From: Oligoflexales bacterium
GTDB taxonomy: Bacteria > Myxococcota_A > UBA9042 > DTJE01
Direction: 5' to 3'
DNA: 64,000 nt
Assembly: GCA_012840965.1 (NCBI GenBank)
Contig: DUVQ01000121.1
Span: 14,907 to 78,906 of the forward strand
Shown piece after piece: positions 29,983 to 40,755 of this stretch. A program made the position numbers and the translations under genes. The notes beneath the pieces are model-generated. The model ran no database searches and was not told the origin of the DNA. It was given only the letters and a program-made list of their open reading frames with translations. Position 1 is the first letter of the stretch, and every line of letters starts with the position of its first letter.

Positions 29983-31317
29983 GTGGCCCACAGCCTGCAA
30001 GGACTTGGAAAAATCCCGGAACTGCGAAAGCGTCTGCTCTATACCTTGGGCATGTTGGCGGTATACCGACTTGGTATTTTCGTCACTGTACCTGGAATAG
30101 ACCGCGAGATTATGTCTAATTTCATCAGATATGGTGAAACTGGCCTGTTAGGCTTGGCAGACATGTTCAGCGGTGGCGCTGTTTCGCAGATGTCAGTTTT
30201 CGCTTTGGGTGTCATGCCCTACATCAGCGCGTCCATCATCTTTCAGCTTTTGGGCGTGGTCATTCCTGCATTGGAACGGCTGCAAAAGGAAGGTGATCAG
30301 GGACGACGCAAGATTAACCAGTACACCAGGTACGCGACGGTTGCACTTTCAATCATCCAGGGTTTTGGTATATCGGTCTGGCTTCAGAGCCTTAACGCTC
30401 AGGCCGGAACGGAACACCTTGTCAGATTGACTGGCTTTACCTTCAAATTCTTGACGGTATTATCCCTTACCTCTGGAACACTTCTGTTGATGTGGATGGG
30501 TGAGCAGATTAGTGATCGTGGAATCGGAAACGGTATCTCCATGATCATTTTTGCCGGTATCGTAGCTCAGCTACCAACCGCTGTGGTTAGGACCTTCGAG
30601 CTTTCCACACTGGCGGGTGGTAAGCTTGCTCCGTTGACCCTGCTTATGATCCTGATCCTCATCATTGTAACCATCGGGATTATCGTGTTCTTTGAAAGGG
30701 CGCAGCGTCGAATCCCAGTGCAGTATGCAAAAAAGGTGGTTGGCAGAAAGCTTTACGGCGGACAGACGACTAGTTTGCCTTTGAAGATCAATACTTCTGG
30801 AGTTATTCCTCCAATTTTTGCATCTTCAATCCTAATGTTCCCGGCCACCATTTCCAACCTGTTTCCTGGAGCTACCTGGGTTATGTGGCTGCAAAGTGCG
30901 CTCATTCCAGGGGAGATGCTCTATAACGTTGTTTATGTTGCGCTGATTGTGTTCTTCACCTTCTTCTACACAGCTGTCACCTTCAACCCAGTTGATGTGG
31001 CTGACAATCTGAAAAAGAACGGTGGATTTGTACCTGGAATCAGGGCAGGTAAGGCTACTGCAGACTATATCGACCGAGTCCTTTCAAGGATTACAGTTGG
31101 TGGTGCAATTTACATTTCCGCCGTCTGCGTGCTGCCAACGATCCTTCAGCAGCAGTTTGGCGTTCCGTTTTATTTCGGTGGAACCTCCTTGTTGATCGTT
31201 GTTGGTGTTGCCCTTGATTTGGTAGCCCAGATCGAGTCCCACCTCATCAGCAGAAACTATGAAGGTTTTGCCGGAGCCCACGGTCCTCGTATGCGCGGGC
31301 GTCGAGACGGTGGTTAG
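29983..31317 (+). CDS. secY: Preprotein translocase SecY
   Basis: [43 protein letters not shown]. Confidence 0.99.
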   Translation: MAHSLQGLGKIPELRKRLLYTLGMLAVYRLGIFVTVPGIDREIMSNFIRYGETGLLGLADMFSGGAVSQMSVFALGVMPYISASIIFQLLGVVIPALERLQKEGDQGRRKINQYTRYATVALSIIQGFGISVWLQSLNAQAGTEHLVRLTGFTFKFLTVLSLTSGTLLLMWMGEQISDRGIGNGISMIIFAGIVAQLPTAVVRTFELSTLAGGKLAPLTLLMILILIIVTIGIIVFFERAQRRIPVQYAKKVVGRKLYGGQTTSLPLKINTSGVIPPIFASSILMFPATISNLFPGATWVMWLQSALIPGEMLYNVVYVALIVFFTFFYTAVTFNPVDVADNLKKNGGFVPGIRAGKATADYIDRVLSRITVGGAIYISAVCVLPTILQQQFGVPFYFGGTSLLIVVGVALDLVAQIESHLISRNYEGFAGAHGPRMRGRRDGG

Positions 31318-31348
31318 ACTGAAATTGTTTCTAGGTGTAAAAAAGAGC

Positions 31349-31376
31349 TTGCATTATTCGACTAAAAGAGTAAACT
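31349..31376 (+). promoter_or_regulatory. Candidate internal promoter for infA and the alpha operon
   Basis: TTGCAT-N16-TAAACT in the 120-bp secY-infA gap, followed by hairpin cgctaaac..gtttagcg. Confidence 0.45.
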
Positions 31377-31437
31377 AACGGACTCGCTAAACTAGGGCGT
31401 TTAGCGTTTGCAAGATGTTTGAAAAAAAGGGGGATTG

Positions 31438-31656
31438 ATGCCGAAGGAAGAGGCCATAGAGGTAGAAGGCGTTGTTGTTGAGTCATTGCCAAATGCTACT
31501 TTTAGAGTGGAACTCCAAAACGGGCACCGAGTGCTCGCGACTGTCTGTGGGAAGATGAGGATGAACTTCATCAAAATTCTCCCAGGGGACAAGGTTAAGT
31601 TGGAGCTTACACCGTATGACCTTACCCGGGGCAGAATCACCTTTAGGGTGCGTTGA
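31438..31656 (+). CDS. infA: Translation initiation factor IF-1
   Basis: [24 protein letters not shown]. Confidence 0.98.
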   Translation: MPKEEAIEVEGVVVESLPNATFRVELQNGHRVLATVCGKMRMNFIKILPGDKVKLELTPYDLTRGRITFRVR

Positions 31657-31667
31657 GGGAGGCTAAC

Positions 31668-31781
31668 GTGAAGGTAAAAGCGTCGGTCCGAAGGATTTGC
31701 GATAAGTGCAAAATTATTAAACGCCACGGCGTAATTCGAGTGATTTGTGAAAATCCTCGACATAAGCAGCGGCAAGGTTAG
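31668..31781 (+). CDS. rpmJ: 50S ribosomal protein L36 (absent from the ORF track)
   Basis: GTG start after GGAGG; translates [37 protein letters not shown]. Confidence 0.97.
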   Translation: MKVKASVRRICDKCKIIKRHGVIRVICENPRHKQRQG

Positions 31782-31792
31782 TTGGAGGCGTC

Positions 31793-32164
31793 ATGGCTCG
31801 AATTGCTGGGGTAGACCTTCCTCGAAGGAAGCAGATTGGCATCGCCCTGCGTTACATCTACGGCCTAGGACCAAAGAATTCTCTTGTGGTCTTGGCTCAG
31901 GCCGGTGTTGATGCACGAACCAAAACAGATGATTTGACCGAGGGCGAGGTTGCACGTATTCGTGAAGTGCTCGACAGCGGTGAATTTAAGGTGGAAGGTG
32001 ACCTGCGTCGTGAGGTTTCAGGTAACATCAAGGCTTTGATGGACATGGGATGCTACCGTGGTCTACGTCATCGTCGTGGATTGCCTGTGCGCGGTCAACG
32101 CACCCATACGAACGCCCGGACCCGTAAGGGCCGAAAGGGCACTGCAATCAAGAAGAAGAAGTAA
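31793..32164 (+). CDS. rpsM: 30S ribosomal protein S13
   Basis: [28 protein letters not shown]. Confidence 0.99.
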   Translation: MARIAGVDLPRRKQIGIALRYIYGLGPKNSLVVLAQAGVDARTKTDDLTEGEVARIREVLDSGEFKVEGDLRREVSGNIKALMDMGCYRGLRHRRGLPVRGQRTHTNARTRKGRKGTAIKKKK

Positions 32165-32179
32165 ATAGGAGCTCGATCT

Positions 32180-32569
32180 ATGGCCAGAGCCAAGGTAGTA
32201 GGAAAGAAGAGGGTGCGTAAGGATGTTCCACTGGGGATCGCCTTTATCACATCTTCCTTTAACAACACTATTGTGACCATCACCGACCCGAACGGGAATG
32301 TCGTTTCCTGGTCGTCGGCTGGGCGCCGTGGGTTTAAAGGCTCCCGGAAATCCACACCATTTGCCGCGCAGATGGCCGCTGAAGACGCAGCTAAGAAGGC
32401 GCAAGATAGTGGCATGAGATCCGTCCAGGTCATGGTCCGTGGTCCAGGACAGGGACGCGAGTCTGCAATTAGAGCATTGGCTGCCGCAGGGCTGCGAGTG
32501 AGCTACATCAGAGATGTGACCGCAGTGCCTCATAACGGTTGTCGTCCGCCTAAACGGCGACGGGTCTGA
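32180..32569 (+). CDS. rpsK: 30S ribosomal protein S11
   Basis: [28 protein letters not shown]. Confidence 0.99.
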   Translation: MARAKVVGKKRVRKDVPLGIAFITSSFNNTIVTITDPNGNVVSWSSAGRRGFKGSRKSTPFAAQMAAEDAAKKAQDSGMRSVQVMVRGPGQGRESAIRALAAAGLRVSYIRDVTAVPHNGCRPPKRRRV

Positions 32570-32583
32570 CGGGAGGTTGTCGC

Positions 32584-33243
32584 GTGGCTAGGTACACCGA
32601 TGCATCATGCCGAATTTGTCGGCGAGAAGGCGTTAAGCTTTATCTTAAAGGCGTACGCTGTGATACAGATAAGTGCTCATTTAACCGGCGTGCTTATGCA
32701 CCTGGCCAGCATGGTCAGGCGCGTAAAAAGGCGACTCCATACAGCATGCAGTTGCGTGAAAAGCAGAAAGTACGTCGTATGTATGGGATGTTAGAACGCC
32801 AGTTTAGGCTGTTTTACGAACGGGCCAATCGGATGAAAGGCCCGACCGGCGACAACCTGCTGCGTCTGTTGGAAACTAGGCTAGACTCCGTGACCTACAA
32901 TGCTGGATTTGGTGTCAGTAGGGCGGAATCGCGGCAGCTGGTTCGCCACGGCCACATCAATGTGAATGGCCAGCGTGTTACCATCCCATCCTATATTGTG
33001 AGGGTTGGTGACGTTATTGAGGTACGCGAGCGCAGCGCCAAGTTACAGCGCGTCATAGATGCTGGGAATTTTGCGGAGCAAAAACGGACGGTGCGGTGGC
33101 TGGAAGTGGATAGAGCCAAGTTCAAGGCCACCGTTTCAGCGCTACCTGAACGCGACGATTTTGACCAGATCCTGCCTGGATCTGAGGATGGAGATCGTCG
33201 TGGGATCAGGGACGAGCTGATCGTTGAATTATATTCCAAGTAG
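32584..33243 (+). CDS. rpsD: 30S ribosomal protein S4 (zinc-ribbon type)
   Basis: CRICRREG..C..KC, QLREKQK, IVELYSK. Confidence 0.99.
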   Translation: MARYTDASCRICRREGVKLYLKGVRCDTDKCSFNRRAYAPGQHGQARKKATPYSMQLREKQKVRRMYGMLERQFRLFYERANRMKGPTGDNLLRLLETRLDSVTYNAGFGVSRAESRQLVRHGHINVNGQRVTIPSYIVRVGDVIEVRERSAKLQRVIDAGNFAEQKRTVRWLEVDRAKFKATVSALPERDDFDQILPGSEDGDRRGIRDELIVELYSK

Positions 33244-33279
33244 TACTGCGTTCGTCTCTTTTATGCGGGAGGGTTCAAT

Positions 33280-34335
33280 ATGCATAAGAACTGGCGAGAA
33301 TTGATCCGCCCCAGAGCAATTCTTGTCGATCAGGAATCTCTGACCGATAAGTATGGAAAGTTTACCTGCGAGCCACTTGAGCGCGGTTTTGGTCTGACAC
33401 TTGGTAATGGGCTGCGCCGTGTTTTGTTGTCCAGTATTCGAGGGGCAGCTGTTACCGCGGTTAGAATCGATGGCGTGCTGCACGAGTTTTCCACAGTTCC
33501 TGAAATTGAGGAAGATGTTGCTGAGATTATTTTGAATTTGAAGGCGGTTGACCTGCGGCTTGAGGTTGACGGGCCCAAGACTATTCACGTCAGGCTCGAA
33601 GGTGAACGTGACGTGAAGGCCAAGGATCTTTTCCAGAATCCGGCCGTCACCATTTTTAATCCCGACCTGCATATCTGCTCTATGGGGCCTGGTGCGGTCT
33701 TGGATATCGAGCTTACAATTGCGGCTGGTTTTGGTTATAAGGCCGCTGAAAAGACTGATGAAGACGTGGTGGGAACCATCCCGATGGACGCTATTTACAC
33801 TCCTATTCGGAAGGTAAACTACCGAGTTTCCAACGCTCGTGTTGGTCAGATGACCGACTATGACAAGCTAACCATTGAAGTTTGGACCAATGGTGCTGTA
33901 TCTCCCAGGGATTCAGTGGCTTTGGCCGCAAAGATCCTTAAGGAACAGCTGCAGGTCTTCATTAACTTCCCGGAAGTTGACGAGCCTGTCGAGGTTTATC
34001 CTGCTGTTGCGGTTGAGGATGAAGTTGTGGATTCGCCTGTTCAGACAGCCGAAAACACCCTTCATGAGTCGCTTTATCGTTTGGTCGAGGAATTAGACCT
34101 TTCCGTTAGGGCTCAAAACTGCCTGCAAAGTGCCGGTGTTCGTTACGTCGGTGATCTGGTCCAAAAGACCGAGCAAGAAATGTTGAAGATCAGGAACTTT
34201 GGTCGAAAGTCGTTAAAGGAAATCAAGGATGCTCTTGGCGGTATGGGACTGTCTTTGGGTATGAGAATCGAGGGATTTGCCCCAGAAAAGCGCGTACTTA
34301 GCGAGGCTGCCTTGGCTGAAAAGCGTGGCCAGTAG
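33280..34335 (+). CDS. rpoA: RNA polymerase alpha subunit
   Basis: [41 protein letters not shown]. Confidence 0.99.
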   Translation: MHKNWRELIRPRAILVDQESLTDKYGKFTCEPLERGFGLTLGNGLRRVLLSSIRGAAVTAVRIDGVLHEFSTVPEIEEDVAEIILNLKAVDLRLEVDGPKTIHVRLEGERDVKAKDLFQNPAVTIFNPDLHICSMGPGAVLDIELTIAAGFGYKAAEKTDEDVVGTIPMDAIYTPIRKVNYRVSNARVGQMTDYDKLTIEVWTNGAVSPRDSVALAAKILKEQLQVFINFPEVDEPVEVYPAVAVEDEVVDSPVQTAENTLHESLYRLVEELDLSVRAQNCLQSAGVRYVGDLVQKTEQEMLKIRNFGRKSLKEIKDALGGMGLSLGMRIEGFAPEKRVLSEAALAEKRGQ

Positions 34336-34362
34336 GTTACCTGCTGTTGTGAGGAAATTGGA

Positions 34363-34743
34363 ATGCGTCACAATAAAAGAACTTTGAAGCTTGGCAGAAC
34401 AGCTGCTCATAGAAGAGCGTTATTTCGCAACCTTCTGTCTTCGCTTTTTGTACATGGGCATGTCACCACTACCGACGTCAAGGCGAAGGAAGTGAAGCGT
34501 CGTGCTGACATTTTGATTGGCTGGGCTCGTAAAGGCGATTTGCACCATCGTAGGCTTGCTGCCAGGCAGTTGTTTGGTGCTGACGCAGTGCAGCAGTTGT
34601 TTGACCATTGGGGCAAAAGCTTTCCCGACCGTATCAGCGGCTTTACTAGATCCGTTAAGATTGGACAGCGTTCAGGCGATGGCGCTCCCATGAGTTTGGT
34701 CGAGATTATTGTTGATTCACCTGCGAAATCTGCTGGTGAATAA
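34363..34743 (+). CDS. rplQ: 50S ribosomal protein L17
   Basis: MRH..KLGRTAAHRRAL, RSGDGAPM. Confidence 0.98.
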   Translation: MRHNKRTLKLGRTAAHRRALFRNLLSSLFVHGHVTTTDVKAKEVKRRADILIGWARKGDLHHRRLAARQLFGADAVQQLFDHWGKSFPDRISGFTRSVKIGQRSGDGAPMSLVEIIVDSPAKSAGE

Positions 34744-34785
34744 AAGATTCTTTGGTATATAATTCGTCGCCTTTGTTCTTTAGAT

Positions 34786-34859
34786 TCGGGGATCGTCTAA
34801 CGGTAGGACTGCAGACTCTGGATCTGCCTGTCGGGGTTCGAATCCCTGTCCCCGAACCA
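34786..34859 (+). tRNA. tRNA-Gln (anticodon CTG)
   Basis: U1-A72 acceptor stem, gcaga-ct-CTG-ga-tctgc, GGTTCGAATCC, encoded CCA. Confidence 0.95.
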
Positions 34860-34890
34860 AGGCCTATTCGGCCTGTTCGTTTTGCTCTTT

Positions 34891-34966
34891 GGTCCATTAG
34901 TCTAATCGGTTAGGACACAGGCCTCTCAAGCCTGGAGCACGGGTTCGAATCCCGTATGGACCACCA
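34891..34966 (+). tRNA. tRNA-Glu (anticodon CTC)
   Basis: ggtccat/atggacc stem, caggc-ct-CTC-aa-gcctg, GGTTCGAATCC, CCA. Confidence 0.95.
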
Positions 34967-34977
34967 TGCCCTTTAGT

Positions 34978-36039
34978 TTAGCTGGCCGTTTTCGTCGAAG
35001 TGTCGGGATTTTCCAAGAAATGATAGCCGTCGTCGTCTGGGCGATGAACACCCTTTTCCGTAATTATTGCGGTAATCAACTGCCATGGGGTGACATCAAA
35101 GGAAGGGTTGATGACCTTTACTCCATCAGCCGCGATTCTATGAGACCCATAATGGGTGACCTCTTCTGACATTCGCTGTTCAATCGGGATTTTGCTGCCA
35201 TCTTCAATGCTTAAGTCTAATGTCGACGATGGTGCGGCTACGTAAAAGGGGATGTTGTGACGCTTTGCCAGCACCGCATGCGTGTAGGTGCCGATTTTAT
35301 TGGCGGTGTCACCGTTTGCTGCTATTCGATCCGCCCCAACAACGATTGCGTCAATCACCCCATTGGCCATCAAGTGGCCTGCTGCGTTATCGGTGATTAA
35401 CGTGGTATCAAACCCATCATGGACCAATTCCCAGACAGTCAAGCGGGCGCCTTGCAGGTACGGCCTTGTCTCGCAGGAAATCACCTTGATTGAGCGGCCT
35501 GCCTCCCTAGCACCACGAATGACTCCAAGTGCGGTTCCAAAGCCGCCTGTGGCAAGGGCTCCAGCGTTGCAGTGGGTCATTACAGTGGCACCGTCAGGTA
35601 TAAGCACACCGCCGTGGGTGCCGATTGCTCGGTTCATCGCAATGTCTTCGTCTAGGATGGCCTCGGCCTCTCGATAAAGGCGTTTGCGCATCGATTCAGC
35701 CGTGTAATCGCTAGGCCAGTTTTCAGCCACCTGAAGCATTCGATCAACGGCCCATTTCAGGTTGACAGCCGTTGGGCGTGATGCCACCAGAATGTCTGCA
35801 ACCTTGTGTAATTCCTTTAAAAAGTCTTCCTTGTTGTCAGGGCAAAGGCTGGAATGAACTGCCAAACCCATAGCAGCCGCAATTCCAATGGCCGGAGCAC
35901 CTCGTACAACCATGTCTTTGATGGCTTTTGCGACCGCTGGCCCGTCATTGAACTTAAGATAAGTTTCGCTAGCTGGCAAAAGACGCTGATCAAGTAAAAC
36001 TACTCGATGTCCCTTCATTGAAACTGGCTTTATGGCCAT
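34978..36039 (-). CDS. mtnA: S-methyl-5-thioribose-1-phosphate isomerase
   Basis: LDQRLLP, MVVRGAPAIG, SRPTAVNL, THCNAGALAT, ETRPYLQGARLT, GDTANKIGTY. Confidence 0.95.
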   Translation of the reverse strand: MAIKPVSMKGHRVVLLDQRLLPASETYLKFNDGPAVAKAIKDMVVRGAPAIGIAAAMGLAVHSSLCPDNKEDFLKELHKVADILVASRPTAVNLKWAVDRMLQVAENWPSDYTAESMRKRLYREAEAILDEDIAMNRAIGTHGGVLIPDGATVMTHCNAGALATGGFGTALGVIRGAREAGRSIKVISCETRPYLQGARLTVWELVHDGFDTTLITDNAAGHLMANGVIDAIVVGADRIAANGDTANKIGTYTHAVLAKRHNIPFYVAAPSSTLDLSIEDGSKIPIEQRMSEEVTHYGSHRIAADGVKVINPSFDVTPWQLITAIITEKGVHRPDDDGYHFLENPDTSTKTAS

Positions 36040-36047
36040 TAGCCCCC

Positions 36048-37964
36048 CTAGTCGACCTTTTGAATCTTGCGTTGCAACAGCTGTAGTTCCTCTTCGGAGT
36101 ATGGAATTTTTCCTGCAAAGTAGTCTTTGTCGTAGCTATAGACATCGGCAAAAAACATGCCTCGCCCCTTGTCGTCAACCCCAGCGGAGTTGTATTCAAT
36201 GAAGATCGGAACAGGTGTTTTTAGTCTGATGTCTTTTGGTTCTTCCTTAGCCAGAAAGTGGTTTACCCTCGCCTCAGAGACATCATTTAAGCGCTCAAGC
36301 AGGAAATTGGCGACCTTGAAGGGGTCTTGAAGGCGGATGCATCCATGCGAAAATGCGCGAATCTCACGGTCAAAGATTCTTTTATTGTTGGTATCGTGCA
36401 TGAAAATCCCAAACGAGTTTGGAAACACGAATTTGACCCTACCAAGCGCATTACTATCACCAGAGTCCTGGTACATGACTTCTCGACCATCTGGCAAAAC
36501 CTTGACTACAAAGTTTTGCTTCTGGAAGTAGGTGGGATCGTTTAAAAGCTCATAGTCGAGCTCCAATTTCTTAATCCTTGCGGGCACATGCCATCTTGGG
36601 TTGATGGAAATAACTGTCAACTCAGCTGTAAACAACTTGGTCCTGTTCAAACGGCCTTCAATCTGGTTGTCAGGATCGACGTCCCAACGGTTATTTCCGA
36701 CGATGACACGATTTTTCAGCACCATTTCCTGGTCGGCCCAAACCTCCATCTTAAACTCTGGAATGTTGATCCTTATGTAGGTTGGCTCTTCATGGCGGAT
36801 CTCTGTTTCACGCCATCTTTGCAGTGAAAGTTCAAGCTGCTGGATTCTGGTCTCTACTGGGACGTTCAACGAGGCAAGGTGCCTAGCCTCAACCAAGCCG
36901 TCTTCATTGAAACCGTGGGTGCCTTGATAGGCCTTTACAGCATCCACAACCTCTTGATTAAACACCTCAACTATTTCACCTTCCCAGTAACCTTCCTGTG
37001 CTAGGCGCTGCACCAACTCTTCAACGGCCTGTCCTTTAGCCCCCTTTTTAAGCTCTCTTTTACCAAGGGTTAAAAAACCGCCGTTTGCCTGGATTTGTCG
37101 ATAAAAAGCAAGTGCTTCCACCGTCTTAGCATAGTTCGGGTGCACAGGAAGCAACGCCTTTAACCCAGCTTCAGGCTCTGCCCCAAAATCTGCAAAGGCC
37201 TGTACCAAAGGTTCATGCTGCCTACGTACTGCTGCCCAGAAACTGGGGTGGGCCTTGAATGGCTGAGCCTTAATCCAGAACTTCATGTCCATGGCATATC
37301 TAAAGAAGGCCTCGGATGCAGCTACATCTAGGTTAATCCTGGCTTCCAACAGGGCCTTTTTCTTGGCGGCATATTCTTGAAGGCTGGTCGCAAGTTCATC
37401 TGCTTTTGGCTCGGTGAATTTCTTTAACTCGCCATCATCCGCCAAAGCTTCGACCTGTTCTAAAGTAGGCGCCTCTTTTTGAGTTATCAGCCTTTCTAGG
37501 GCCTTCCATTCAGGAATGGCGAAAAGTTCAGCCTTTGCAGCCTCGAAATCACGGTTGAGGTCGCCGATAGTACCAACGATTTCATCCATTGTTTCAAAGG
37601 GATACTCATCTTTTGATATGGCGTGGGCATCTAAAGTATTCAAAACCTCACGCAGTACTTTGAAAGCATTGGATGGGCCATCTGGCAAGGAAAACAAAAA
37701 TTCGCCACCCCTAGCCTCAACTGTGGCCGCCATGGCAGTCTTGTATCGTTCAACCTTGCCTGCCTTGGCAATAAAAGTTTCCTTGTCGCTGTCATCAATC
37801 CACGAATACTTGCTGTGTAAGGGCAAAAGGACCGAAAGCAATGCCTCGGGTTCCATTTTTGGTGCCTTTGGTTGCTTTTGGACTCCATCTTCCGTTGGTT
37901 TTGTTGTAAAGGAACAGCCGGCAAGGCTAATCACAAATAGAATTAAAAAAGACCGTTTAATCAC
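36048..37964 (-). CDS. L,D-transpeptidase (YcbB/LdtD-like) lipoprotein with a peptidoglycan-binding domain
   Basis: Lipobox LAGC, AVKAYQ..HG, INIPEF, NALGRVKF, FMHDT and FSHGCIR. Confidence 0.9.
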   Translation of the reverse strand: MIKRSFLILFVISLAGCSFTTKPTEDGVQKQPKAPKMEPEALLSVLLPLHSKYSWIDDSDKETFIAKAGKVERYKTAMAATVEARGGEFLFSLPDGPSNAFKVLREVLNTLDAHAISKDEYPFETMDEIVGTIGDLNRDFEAAKAELFAIPEWKALERLITQKEAPTLEQVEALADDGELKKFTEPKADELATSLQEYAAKKKALLEARINLDVAASEAFFRYAMDMKFWIKAQPFKAHPSFWAAVRRQHEPLVQAFADFGAEPEAGLKALLPVHPNYAKTVEALAFYRQIQANGGFLTLGKRELKKGAKGQAVEELVQRLAQEGYWEGEIVEVFNQEVVDAVKAYQGTHGFNEDGLVEARHLASLNVPVETRIQQLELSLQRWRETEIRHEEPTYIRINIPEFKMEVWADQEMVLKNRVIVGNNRWDVDPDNQIEGRLNRTKLFTAELTVISINPRWHVPARIKKLELDYELLNDPTYFQKQNFVVKVLPDGREVMYQDSGDSNALGRVKFVFPNSFGIFMHDTNNKRIFDREIRAFSHGCIRLQDPFKVANFLLERLNDVSEARVNHFLAKEEPKDIRLKTPVPIFIEYNSAGVDDKGRGMFFADVYSYDKDYFAGKIPYSEEELQLLQRKIQKVD

Positions 37965-38074
37965 CCTTTAACCCTCGTCGTCAGGGACAAGGATTCTATA
38001 GTCACAGCGCTAGTTGGTCAAACGCGGGCGAGTGCACCAGGATTATGTATGGTTAAATAGGGTGTTAAGCTTGA

Positions 38075-38103
38075 TTGACAAAGATTCGCCGAGTCGCTAG
38101 CCT
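38075..38103 (+). promoter_or_regulatory. Candidate sigma70 promoter
   Basis: TTGACA-N17-TAGCCT upstream of the ATG at 38181. Confidence 0.45.
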
Positions 38104-38180
38104 TCGCTGTATTTGTTTTTCTTTACCACATGGTAACAGCGCTTTTGAGCCGGAGTTTTGCCGTAACAAGGGGAAAGATA

Positions 38181-40721
38181 ATGCAAGATAAACTAAAAAG
38201 GGGCTTGGTGCCAGTGCTTGTGCTGGTGGGTGCACTGATTGCGTTGGGTTGCGGTGGCGGTAACGACGATGCAGTGTTTGGCAATGGCGAGATCGAGGGT
38301 GACGAGCGGTGTGACGGAGCTGAATTGAACGGTCAGACTTGCATTACCCAGGGCTTTGCTGGGGGCGAGCTTGCTTGTACTGCTGCCTGTCAGTTCGACG
38401 CTAGCGGCTGCACTGCGCCTTCGGCCGACTGCGGCAACGGCAAGATTGACGATGGCGAGCAGTGTGATGGCGAGGAATTGAACGGTCAGACTTGCATTAC
38501 CCAGGGCTTTGCTGGTGGTGATCTTGCTTGTACTGCTGCCTGCCAGTTCGACACCAGCGGCTGTACTGCGCCGCCAGTCGACTGTGGCAACGGCAAGATT
38601 GACGATGGCGAGCAGTGTGACGGCGAGGCATTGAACGGTCATTACTGCACGGATCTCGGCTTCGCTGGCGGTGATCTTGGCTGTTCTGCTGCCTGCCAGT
38701 TCGATACCAGTGGTTGCATCTTGGAGCCGGTCGATTGTGGTAACGGCAAGATCGACGATGGCGAGCAATGCGATGGCGAGGCATTGAACGGTTATTCCTG
38801 CGGGGATTACGGCTTCGCTGGCGGTGATCTTGGCTGTACTGCTGACTGTCGGTTCGATACCAGTGGTTGCACCTTGGAGCCGGTCGACTGTGGTAACGGC
38901 GAGATCGACGATGGCGAGCAGTGTGATGGCGAGGCATTGAACGGTCAGACCTGTGCGGATCACGGTTTCGCTGGCGGTGATCTTGGCTGTACTGCTGCCT
39001 GCCAGTTCGATACCAGTGGTTGCACTGTGCCGTTGGAGGACTGTGGTAACGGCGAGATCGACGATGGCGAGCTGTGCGATGGCGAGGAATTTGACGGTAA
39101 GACCTGCGCGACCCAAGGCTTCGACGGCGGTGATCTTGGCTGCACTTCGACTTGTCAATTCGATACAAGCGCCTGTTTCGTCTGTGGTGACGGTGAGGTT
39201 GGCGGTAACGAGAGGTGCGATGGTGACGATTTGAACAATCAGACTTGTACGTCCCAAGGCTTCGACGGGGGCCAGCTTCGTTGCACCATTGACTGCCAGT
39301 TCGATACAAGCGCCTGTGTCGTCTGCGGCGACGGTAGGGTCGGCGCTGGAGAAGAATGCGACAGCGCGAACTTGAATGGCCATGATTGTGTTAGCCAGGG
39401 CTTTGATGGGGGAAGGCTCGCCTGCACCGCCGACTGTGAGTTTGATACCAGCAATTGTAGCACCTGTGGTGACGGCGTTATCGGGATTGGCGAGCAGTGC
39501 GACGGTGTGGAATTGAACGGTCAGACCTGTGTATCGCAGGGCTTTGTCGACGGCAAGCTTGGCTGTACCGACACTTGCCAGTTCGACACCACTGCCTGCA
39601 GCGAGATTCCACCCGAGTGTGGTAACGGTAGGGTCGACGGTTTCGAGCAGTGCGACGGTGAAGATTTGAATGGTGAGACTTGCGAGACGCTGGACCTCAT
39701 TGATGGCAACCTTAGGTGTACCGATGATTGCCGGTATGACACTAGCCGCTGCGCCTTCGACTGCACCGCGGTATCGCTTGGGATGTTTGATGGCACGCCC
39801 ATCACGCTCACAAATCAAGACAGCTGCTCATCAGGCACTACGCTCTACGATGCAAAAGGCACTGGCAGGACCTGTACGGGCTGGGAGACCGCCGGCTCCG
39901 AGATCGTCTACAGCGTGAGCATTCCGCCAGGCGAGGGGATTTTCGTAGTCATGGATGCCATTGATAGTTTCAACGAGGCGCTTTGGGTGACGATGTCGTG
40001 TCGCGATACCATCGGCTTGCATTGTATCGTAGGGTCAGATGTCCAAGTCAGAGAACCTGAGGAGGTTTCTGTCAGGAACACCTCGAACAAAGCCTTGACC
40101 TACCACATCGTGGCCGACGCCCGCGACGGCTGCGGCAAGTTCAACCTGTCCATCTCAAGGCTTGGTGACTGCGGTGATGGTGTTCGCGAAGGTCCCGAAC
40201 AGTGCGACGGCCGCGACTTTGGGGTACATACTTGTGAGAGCATAGGCTTTGCTCCCGGTACTTTGAGATGCAACTCGGATTGCGAGTTCGATTTTAGCCG
40301 CTGTGGCTGCAAGGCTATCGACCTGGGGGTGTTTGACGGCACGACCATCGCACTGCAAGACCAGGGTGGCTGCCCAGGCTCCAAGCTTTACGATGTGGGC
40401 GGTGACGGCGGAAGCTGCCTTGATGCGCTATTTAGAACGCCCGGTGCAGAGGTCCTATACAAGCTGACACTTCCGGCCGGCGACACGGTCAAAATCGTTT
40501 CGACGTCCCACGGATTCGACGAGACGCTTTGGGTGACTACGTCGTGCTTGGATATCGGCGGCTCGCAGTGTGTTGTTGGTGCTGCGAAGTGGAATCAGCG
40601 TCCTGAGGAGGCCATTCTTTCGAACAACACAGGCAATGCCGCGACATACTACATCGTGGTCGACGCTAAACAACCCAGTGGTTGCGGTAAGTTTGATCTT
40701 AACATTTCAAGGCATCCGTAA
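38181..40721 (+). CDS. Cys-rich tandem-repeat lipoprotein with two C-terminal beta-sandwich (PPC-like) domains
   Basis: Lipobox ALGC; about 11 repeats CGNG.ID.GEQCDG..LNG.TC...GF.GG.L.C...CQFDTSGC; duplicated E(I/V)xY..LWVT.SC..Y.IV.DA..GCGKF.L.ISR domain. Confidence 0.8.
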   Translation: MQDKLKRGLVPVLVLVGALIALGCGGGNDDAVFGNGEIEGDERCDGAELNGQTCITQGFAGGELACTAACQFDASGCTAPSADCGNGKIDDGEQCDGEELNGQTCITQGFAGGDLACTAACQFDTSGCTAPPVDCGNGKIDDGEQCDGEALNGHYCTDLGFAGGDLGCSAACQFDTSGCILEPVDCGNGKIDDGEQCDGEALNGYSCGDYGFAGGDLGCTADCRFDTSGCTLEPVDCGNGEIDDGEQCDGEALNGQTCADHGFAGGDLGCTAACQFDTSGCTVPLEDCGNGEIDDGELCDGEEFDGKTCATQGFDGGDLGCTSTCQFDTSACFVCGDGEVGGNERCDGDDLNNQTCTSQGFDGGQLRCTIDCQFDTSACVVCGDGRVGAGEECDSANLNGHDCVSQGFDGGRLACTADCEFDTSNCSTCGDGVIGIGEQCDGVELNGQTCVSQGFVDGKLGCTDTCQFDTTACSEIPPECGNGRVDGFEQCDGEDLNGETCETLDLIDGNLRCTDDCRYDTSRCAFDCTAVSLGMFDGTPITLTNQDSCSSGTTLYDAKGTGRTCTGWETAGSEIVYSVSIPPGEGIFVVMDAIDSFNEALWVTMSCRDTIGLHCIVGSDVQVREPEEVSVRNTSNKALTYHIVADARDGCGKFNLSISRLGDCGDGVREGPEQCDGRDFGVHTCESIGFAPGTLRCNSDCEFDFSRCGCKAIDLGVFDGTTIALQDQGGCPGSKLYDVGGDGGSCLDALFRTPGAEVLYKLTLPAGDTVKIVSTSHGFDETLWVTTSCLDIGGSQCVVGAAKWNQRPEEAILSNNTGNAATYYIVVDAKQPSGCGKFDLNISRHP

Positions 40722-40755
40722 GTGTCAGCCGTAATTCGATATTGTTGATTAGCAA

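Noticed and set aside
34978-36039. mtnA as partner of the NifH-like pair (Mar-type sulfur salvage)
   Set aside because: It is about 13 kb away on the opposite strand, and no marB/D/K-like genes are present.
38280-39600. CRISPR-like periodicity here and at 44700-45120 and 46620-46960
   Set aside because: The units are in-frame coding Cys repeats without unique spacers, and no cas genes are present.
38193-39818. Long antisense or alternate-frame ORFs (541 aa here; also 22242-23378, 42673-43779, 44409-45302, 52912-53739)
   Set aside because: These are shadows of real genes caused by codon bias and repeats; they have no recognisable motifs.
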